NCBI GenBank assembly: GCA_965203905.1
Contig: CBDBDQ010000005.1
Coordinates: 2,752,001 to 2,816,000 of the forward strand
Direction of reading: 5' to 3'
Length of the DNA stretch: 64,000 bases
Origin: Spirochaetia bacterium
Lineage (GTDB): Bacteria; Spirochaetota; Spirochaetia; SZUA-6; Bin103
Shown here: piece after piece, positions 57,904 to 64,000 of the stretch
Position numbering within the stretch: the stretch's first letter is position 1
How the letters are laid out: every line of letters starts with the position of its first letter
Made by a program: the position numbers and the translations under genes
The notes under the pieces: model-generated
What the model was told of the DNA's origin: nothing
The model's input: only the letters and a program-made list of their open reading frames with translations
Databases searched by the model: none

Positions 57904-58901
57904 TCCGCCAGCCCCCCGAACTGGATGCGCGGGTCGATCCACGCCAGCAGGATGTCGGAAACCAGGTTGCCGACCAGCACCAGGCTGCTGAGGATGAGCA
58001 CGATGCTGCCGGCCAGGTACATGTCCTGCGCCAGCAGGGCGTGAAACAGGATCGGCCCGGTGGTCTGCAGGTTGAGCACGATGGAGGTGACCGTTTCGCC
58101 GGACACGATCGCCGGCAGCACCCAGCCGATGCCGCTGATGATCGGATTCACCGCCAGCCGCACCGGGTAGCGGAACAGCAGCCGCGGCTCGCTCACCCCC
58201 TTGGCGCGCGCCGTCACCACGTACTGCTTGGCCAGCTCGTCCAGCAGGCTGCCGCGCAGCACCCGGATCAGCGCCGCCATCCCCGACACCGCGACGATGA
58301 TCACCGGCGCCCAGATCCGCTTCAGCAGGTCGCCGACGCGGGCCAGGCTCCACGGCACGTCGATGAAGTCGGGCGAGAACAGTCCGGTGATGGCGACGCC
58401 GAAGTAGCGGAAGGCGAACCACAGCACCACCAGCGCCAGCAGGAAGCTGGGCACCGCCAGGCCGACGAATCCAAGGAACGTGAACGTGTAGTCGAACCAG
58501 GAGTACTGGCGCACTGCCGAGACGATCCCCACCGGCACCGCCACCAGGTAGGTCACCACCAGCGACAGCAGCGACAGCACGATGGCGGTAACCATCGGGT
58601 CGCGGATGATCTCGTTCACCGGCCGGTTGAAGGTCAGCGACCAGCCGAAGTTGCCACGCAGCACCAGGTTGCCGATCCACTTCGCGTAGCGCACGTGGAA
58701 CGGCCGGTCGAGGCCGTAGAAGCGGGTCAGGTTCTCCACCTCGGCCGGCGACAGCTTGGTGGCGGTGAATTCCTCCAGGCGCTGGATGTAGGTGGTGAGG
58801 AAGTCGCCGGGCGGCAGCTCGATCAGCACGAAGGCGATGATCGAGACCGCCAGGATCAGGGGCAGGAAGCCGATGGCGCGCCGTAATATGTACTGCAACA
58901 T
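57900..58901 (-). CDS. ABC permease, OppB type
   Basis: LPPGDF, YVVTARAKG, IDPRI. Confidence 0.95.
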   Translation of the reverse strand: MLQYILRRAIGFLPLILAVSIIAFVLIELPPGDFLTTYIQRLEEFTATKLSPAEVENLTRFYGLDRPFHVRYAKWIGNLVLRGNFGWSLTFNRPVNEIIRDPMVTAIVLSLLSLVVTYLVAVPVGIVSAVRQYSWFDYTFTFLGFVGLAVPSFLLALVVLWFAFRYFGVAITGLFSPDFIDVPWSLARVGDLLKRIWAPVIIVAVSGMAALIRVLRGSLLDELAKQYVVTARAKGVSEPRLLFRYPVRLAVNPIISGIGWVLPAIVSGETVTSIVLNLQTTGPILFHALLAQDMYLAGSIVLILSSLVLVGNLVSDILLAWIDPRIQFGGLAE

Positions 58902-59037
58902 GGCGGGAGGTGCCGGCGTGGCGCGCGGCGGGCGGCCGGATCGCCTCGACGCGCGTCATGCCCTGCGCGGTCACGGCCGCCGGCCGGGAGCGGCGCAGAC
59001 GGCGCATGACCGTGCGGCGGATGCACGGGTGTCGCGG

Positions 59038-60978
59038 TTACTTGAAGAAAAGCTGCTCGCCCGCGTACAGCAGCCACTGCGAGACGCCGTCCGAGAACAC
59101 GTTGCCCAGCCTGGCGTTGACGATCACCGGCTGCTTGGGCACGTCCATGAACGGGATGAAGGGAATGTTCTCGTACAGCGCCGCCTTGAAGTCGGCCAGC
59201 GCCCGGTCGCTCCATGGAATCCCCGGTCCCATCGCCAGGCCCAGGTTGTACACGTCGAGCCACCACTGGTCGGGCTGCTCGCCCTCGGCGCCGTTGGTCT
59301 GCAGCCACGAGCGCCACCGCGGGACGCCCTGGTGGAAGAAGTAGGCGACGTGGCCGAACCCGTACAGGGTGGTCGACTCGTCGCTCTCCAGCGCGATCTT
59401 GAGCTTGTTGGCGCGCATCTGCTCGCCGTGGAACGCCTGCTCCTGCACCTTGAAGGTGGCGAACAGGCCCACCGCCTTGAAGTACTCGGTGAGCAGCTCC
59501 GCGGTCGGGATCTTGTCCGGGAAGCGCGGGTTGATGGAGAAGAAGATCTCCAGCCGGCTGCCGTCGGTCTGCAGGCGCCAGCCCTGGGCGTCGCGCTGGT
59601 CCAGCCCCATCTCGTCCAGCAGCGCCTCGGCGGCGGCCGGGTCGTACTCGCTGGGCACCCAGGTGGAGGGCGAGGCGAAGCCGTAGTAGACGGTGTCCGC
59701 CACCTCCTGCGAGTTGATGGCATGGGTCAGGGCAAGGCGGAAGCGCCGGTCCTTGACCGTGTCGTTCCACAGCGGATCCTCGGAGGCGTAGTTGAAGAAC
59801 ACCGTGGCGCGGTTGTAGGGCTGCTCCATCGGCAGCACCAGGTAGCCGCCGCGCTCCGCGTTCTCCGCGTACAGCGGAATGGCGTCGATCTGGGTAATGG
59901 TGTCGTCGATGTCCACCTCGCCGGCGATCACCTTGAGGTTGAACGCCTCGCCATCCTCGATCTTGGTGAGCAGCAGCCGGTCGATGTAGGGGATCTGCCT
60001 GCCGGAACCGTCCACCTTGTAGTAGTACGGGTTGCGCTCGAACACCACCCGCGAGGCGCTCGACTCCACCACCATCCACGGCCACAGCACGGGTGTGCCG
60101 ATGATCTCCGGCACCCAGCGGTCGAAGGGGCGGGTGCCCACCGCGTCGTACATCTTGGTCCAGTCCTCGATGTTCTCCAGCCCCGCTTCCTTGACCAGCT
60201 TCAGCAGCTCTTCTTCAGAGACGTAGCTGCGGTGATACTGCTTCAGGTAGTGGGAGGGATTGAGAAACCGCTCGTAGCCCTTCCACGGCTTGTTGTTCTC
60301 GTCCAGGAACCCGGGCGTCGGCTCGTCGAACACCACCTTGAAGGTGCGGTCGTCCACCACCTGCACGTCCATCCAGTTGCCCCCGTCCCGGGTACCGGCC
60401 TTCAGCGAGCGGTTGCGGATGAAGTAGGTGGTGTTGAGCTCGTCGTTGAGAAAGAAGTCCTCGAAGGTGTAGCGCACGTCCTCGGTGGTCACCGGCGTGC
60501 CGTCCGACCAGCGCAGGCCCTCGCGGATGGTGAAGGTGAACTCCGAGTCGTCGTCGTTGGCGCTCCACGACTCCGCGACGTTGCCGGTCAGGGGATCGCC
60601 GATGTTGTAGCCCGGCCGCGACAGGAGCTGCTCGATCAGCATGAAGCTCAGCACCGGGGTGTTGAACGGGTGCTGATTGACCATGCGCAGGGTGCCGCCG
60701 TAGTTGCCGTCCTGGTAGTCCAGGATGCCGTCGGGCGCGTCGTTGCGCTGCCCGGTCAGCACCAGGGGATTGCCCGGCAGCCGTTCGTCGATCGGCGGCA
60801 ACTCGCCGCCGGCCACCCGTTGCGCGAGAAACGGCGGCTCCAGGTAGCCTCCGGCCGTCGCAATCTGCTCGCTCCCGGCAGCCTCGTCAGCCGCGGCGGC
60901 GGGCTGCTCCTCGCCGCCGCCCGCGAACAGTGGCAGCGCCAGCAGCAACGGCACCAGCGTCGCTATGGTAGCTCTCAT
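59038..60978 (-). CDS. Opp-family solute-binding protein, oligosaccharide-binding subtype
   Basis: GELPPIDERLP, YGGTL, WSDGTPVT, ERNPYYYKVD. Confidence 0.93.
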   Translation of the reverse strand: MRATIATLVPLLLALPLFAGGGEEQPAAAADEAAGSEQIATAGGYLEPPFLAQRVAGGELPPIDERLPGNPLVLTGQRNDAPDGILDYQDGNYGGTLRMVNQHPFNTPVLSFMLIEQLLSRPGYNIGDPLTGNVAESWSANDDDSEFTFTIREGLRWSDGTPVTTEDVRYTFEDFFLNDELNTTYFIRNRSLKAGTRDGGNWMDVQVVDDRTFKVVFDEPTPGFLDENNKPWKGYERFLNPSHYLKQYHRSYVSEEELLKLVKEAGLENIEDWTKMYDAVGTRPFDRWVPEIIGTPVLWPWMVVESSASRVVFERNPYYYKVDGSGRQIPYIDRLLLTKIEDGEAFNLKVIAGEVDIDDTITQIDAIPLYAENAERGGYLVLPMEQPYNRATVFFNYASEDPLWNDTVKDRRFRLALTHAINSQEVADTVYYGFASPSTWVPSEYDPAAAEALLDEMGLDQRDAQGWRLQTDGSRLEIFFSINPRFPDKIPTAELLTEYFKAVGLFATFKVQEQAFHGEQMRANKLKIALESDESTTLYGFGHVAYFFHQGVPRWRSWLQTNGAEGEQPDQWWLDVYNLGLAMGPGIPWSDRALADFKAALYENIPFIPFMDVPKQPVIVNARLGNVFSDGVSQWLLYAGEQLFFK

Positions 60979-61072
60979 TGTTCAATGCCTCCCCGGCGGC
61001 TCTCCCGCCGCCTGCGTGTCGAGCCAGGGTAGCGCGCGCCGCGCGCCCGCGCAATCGCGACCGCTACGGCTG

Positions 61073-64000
61073 CTACGGCTCGGGGTCGGCGAGCAGCCCG
61101 CCGCCGTCGATCCGCGCGCGCGTGGCCTCCAGCGCCCGCCGCAGCTCATCGGCGGTGGGGAAGTAGCCGGCGCCGGGGCGCAGGAAGTAGAGCGAAGCGA
61201 CCGGTGCGCTGCCGGTCGCCTGTTGCAGGGCGCCGGCGTACAGGGCGACCTGGCCCAGGTACGGAGCCGCGGACTGCTTGAGCCCCCCGCGCTTCACGGA
61301 GTCGGTCTTGAAGTCCACCAGGTGCCAGCGGCCGGCGTGCTCGTAGGCCAGGTCGATCGTGCCGTGCACCGGCGCGCCCTCCCAGTACCAGCCGAACGGC
61401 AGCTCGAAGTGGGCGCGGGTGGCGGGCTGGCGCAGCACCTGCGCCAGCTTGCTCCGGTCGAAGCGGTCGAGCATCTCGTCCACCTCGGCCAGCGCACGGC
61501 GCGCGGCGGGGCCGTCCGCGGTCGGATGCAGGCGTGCCAGCAGCGGTGCCAGGGTGGGCCGGTCGCCGGTCGTGAACCACGCCCGGAGCGCCTCGTGGGC
61601 CAGGTTGCCGCGCACCAGGGCCAGCCCGTCGCCGTGCCCGTGCAGCACGAGGCGCCTGGCCGGCGCGCGCAACGAGGTGACCGGCGTGCTGGAGCGCAAC
61701 GGGATCACCGCGGGGCGTTCGACCAGCGGCGCCGTCACCGCCCGTTCCGCGGAGGCGGACGGCACCGCGACTTCCGCCGGCGGCCCGGAGCGGGCGATGG
61801 CGTCCAGGTCGACCGACACCGGCGCCCGGATCTCCACCAGGTCGGGATCGATGCCGCCGAGCGACTCCCGGCACAGCGCCATCCAGCTCCCCTCCCGGGC
61901 GTCCTCGTCGCCGCTCACAAACAGCCGGTCGGCGGCGCGGGTGGCGGCGACGTAGAGCAGCCGGCGGTACTCGGCATCCTCCTCGCTGCGGTCGAGCTGG
62001 CGCAGCCACTGAAACAGGCCGGGCCGGCGCCGCCGCTCATCGTTGCCTTCCGGACTCAAGGTCACCGCGATGCCGTCCGCCGGGCGCCAGCGCACGGCAC
62101 CGAACGCCTCCGGCGGGCGGATGTGCGCTTCGGGCACGAACACGATCGGGAACTCCAGCCCCTTGGCGCCGTGAATGGTCAGCAGCCGCACCGCGTCGCT
62201 GCGGTCGACCACCGCCAGCCCCTCGCGATCGGCCAGCTCGTCGCGGCGCCGGTGCAGATAGGCGACCGCCTCGTCGATCGAGCGCCCGCCGAGGGTGCGC
62301 AGGATCGCGACCAGCTTGCGGACGTTGGCGAGCGCCTGCTCGCCGCCGCGCACCGGCGCCCACGCGGCCTCGAATCCGGTCAACGCCAGCGCCCGCTCGG
62401 CGATCGCGTCCGGGGGCTCCAGCGCCACCGCTTCTCTCAACTCCCGGAGCACCGCGGCGGCGTGGGTGCAGCGCTGCCGCGGGTCGCCGGCGACCTCGCC
62501 GGGCGGCTCGGCGAGGACGTGCAGCCAGCTCCCGCCGGCGCCGTGGCAGGCCAGCAGCGTGCGGTCGTCGATCATGAACAGCGGCGAGCGCAGTGCGCCC
62601 ACCAGCGCGATGTGGTCGTCCGGCTCGGCCAGCCACGCCAGCAGGTTGGTCAGGTCACGCACCTCCTGGCGGGTGAAGAAGCCGGCACCCGCCGGCGTGA
62701 CGTACGGCACGCCGTGGCTCTCAAGCGCCTGCTCGAACACGTGCACGTTGGCCAGCCGGCGCAACAGGATGGCCACGTCGCGTGGGGACGCCGCCCGCGC
62801 ACACCCCACCTCGGCGTCCCACACCGGCGCGCCCGCACCGAGCAGCGCGGCGACCTCCCGCGCGACGGCGTCCGCCTCCACGCGGCGCCGGTCCACGTCG
62901 TCGGCGCCAGCGCCGCCGGAGGCCTTCCCGGCGACCGGGATCACGCCGAGGTGCGGCCCCGCCCAGGCGGCGGATCCGCGCCCGGACATGCGCTGCATGC
63001 GGACGCCCCCGGCGCCGGCGCCGTCCGCGAACACCCGCTCGAACAGCCCGTTGCACACCTCCACCAGCTCGTTGTGGGTGCGGAACGACTGCGTCAGCGC
63101 CCGTACGGAGCCCCCTGCGCGCCCGATCTGCTCCTGGTAGCGATTGAAATGAGCCACGTCGCTGCCGCGGAACCGGTAGATCGACTGCTTGGCGTCGCCC
63201 ACCAGGAACCGATGCGGCCCGGTACCGGGCACCGGCGCGGCGCGGCTCGCGCCGGTGAGCAGGCGCAGCAGGCGCACCTGGGTCTCGTTCAGGTCCTGAG
63301 CCTCGTCCACCATGACGTGGCGCAGCCTGCCGCGGTACCCGGCGGCGATCTTCGGGTGGTGCTCCAGGAGGCGGATCGCCTCCAGCTCCAGGTCCAGGTA
63401 GTCGCACCCGGACAGGTCGGCCTTGCGCCCGCGGTAGCGGCTGCACGCGTCCTCGAACACGCCCTTCAGTGCGGCCATCACCTGCAGCGCCGCCGCCTCG
63501 AACGGCTGCCAGCGCGGCGCCTCCTGCATGCGCCGGGCGGCCTCGCGCACTTCCTTGAGATCCGTCTTGACGCCATCCAGGTCGTCCCAGTTCTTCTTGC
63601 TGCCCGCGTTCACCTTGATCAGCGGGTGCGCGGCGGCGAGCGCTTCCACCAGCTCGCCGGGATCCTCCGGCAGCGGGTCCGCGAGCGCGCCGAGCACCTC
63701 TTCGACCCGCTGCGCCAGCTTGTCGGACGGCACGGCTGCGGCGTGCGCCCGGCGCAGGCCGGCAATCAGGCGTTCCAGGTCCGGACGTTCCGGTTCCACC
63801 GCCGTGCGCAGCGCCTCGTCGAGCAGTGAACGGACCCGGTGTGGCCAGTCAGCGACCGTCGCGCCGAGCCGCCCGTAAGCCGCCGTCACCTCGTCGCGAC
63901 GTTCGATCATCTGCGGAAGCTGTTCGCTCAGCGAGAAGACGCCGAGTTCGCGAATGGCAAGGGCGCGCCCGTCGTCCGACTGCGCCGCGTCCTCCAGGGC
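61073..64000 (-). CDS. addA: AddA-like UvrD helicase/PD-(D/E)XK nuclease, 5'-truncated by the window edge
   Basis: VDEAQD, GDAKQSIYRFRG, TIHGAKGLEF, YVAATRA, GTIDL...VDFKT; frame open to base 64000. Confidence 0.88.
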   Translation of the reverse strand, partial: ALEDAAQSDDGRALAIRELGVFSLSEQLPQMIERRDEVTAAYGRLGATVADWPHRVRSLLDEALRTAVEPERPDLERLIAGLRRAHAAAVPSDKLAQRVEEVLGALADPLPEDPGELVEALAAAHPLIKVNAGSKKNWDDLDGVKTDLKEVREAARRMQEAPRWQPFEAAALQVMAALKGVFEDACSRYRGRKADLSGCDYLDLELEAIRLLEHHPKIAAGYRGRLRHVMVDEAQDLNETQVRLLRLLTGASRAAPVPGTGPHRFLVGDAKQSIYRFRGSDVAHFNRYQEQIGRAGGSVRALTQSFRTHNELVEVCNGLFERVFADGAGAGGVRMQRMSGRGSAAWAGPHLGVIPVAGKASGGAGADDVDRRRVEADAVAREVAALLGAGAPVWDAEVGCARAASPRDVAILLRRLANVHVFEQALESHGVPYVTPAGAGFFTRQEVRDLTNLLAWLAEPDDHIALVGALRSPLFMIDDRTLLACHGAGGSWLHVLAEPPGEVAGDPRQRCTHAAAVLRELREAVALEPPDAIAERALALTGFEAAWAPVRGGEQALANVRKLVAILRTLGGRSIDEAVAYLHRRRDELADREGLAVVDRSDAVRLLTIHGAKGLEFPIVFVPEAHIRPPEAFGAVRWRPADGIAVTLSPEGNDERRRRPGLFQWLRQLDRSEEDAEYRRLLYVAATRAADRLFVSGDEDAREGSWMALCRESLGGIDPDLVEIRAPVSVDLDAIARSGPPAEVAVPSASAERAVTAPLVERPAVIPLRSSTPVTSLRAPARRLVLHGHGDGLALVRGNLAHEALRAWFTTGDRPTLAPLLARLHPTADGPAARRALAEVDEMLDRFDRSKLAQVLRQPATRAHFELPFGWYWEGAPVHGTIDLAYEHAGRWHLVDFKTDSVKRGGLKQSAAPYLGQVALYAGALQQATGSAPVASLYFLRPGAGYFPTADELRRALEATRARIDGGGLLADPEP

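Noticed and set aside
60965-63829. Long alternative-frame ORFs (also 28187..30523, 58792..61032, 17937..19973, 22005..23693)
   Set aside because: Antisense or frameshifted shadows of well-supported genes in high-GC DNA, with no motifs.

Overview
High-GC bacterial chromosome segment. The solute-binding proteins (SBPs) have signal peptides ending F/W-A-[GST]-G/P followed by an acidic tail and no lipobox Cys, which suggests a spirochaete, possibly host- or sponge-associated (inference). The window holds six ABC importer operons, none with an ATPase: three paralogous Dpp/Opp cassettes, one sugar cassette, one Lpl-type cassette and one Opp-type cassette with a GH91-like lyase. Catabolic enzymes include an amidase, a D-aminoacylase, a MaoC + CaiB + CitE triad resembling itaconate degradation, enolase-superfamily enzymes, a sulfatase, PhyH and a DAO-family oxidase. 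It also encodes a 1754-aa exonuclease-RecQ-UvrD fusion, a stand-alone kinase-NUDIX gene, an Rpn nuclease with a probable intragenic antitoxin, and the 3' part of addA. Intergenic spaces are filled with recognisable gene scraps (Uma2, DAO, SBP, acyl-CoA dehydrogenase, aspartyl protease, PIN/HigB toxins), and in several toxin-antitoxin pairs only the antitoxin survives. The most novel-looking signals are a duplicated ~0.4-0.5 kb leader (promoter, uORF, C20 tract) ahead of the Dpp cassettes, identical blocks within otherwise divergent SBPs, and a palindromic MITE that supplies stop codons. No rRNA, tRNA or CRISPR array was seen. All family calls are from motif recognition, not database searches.
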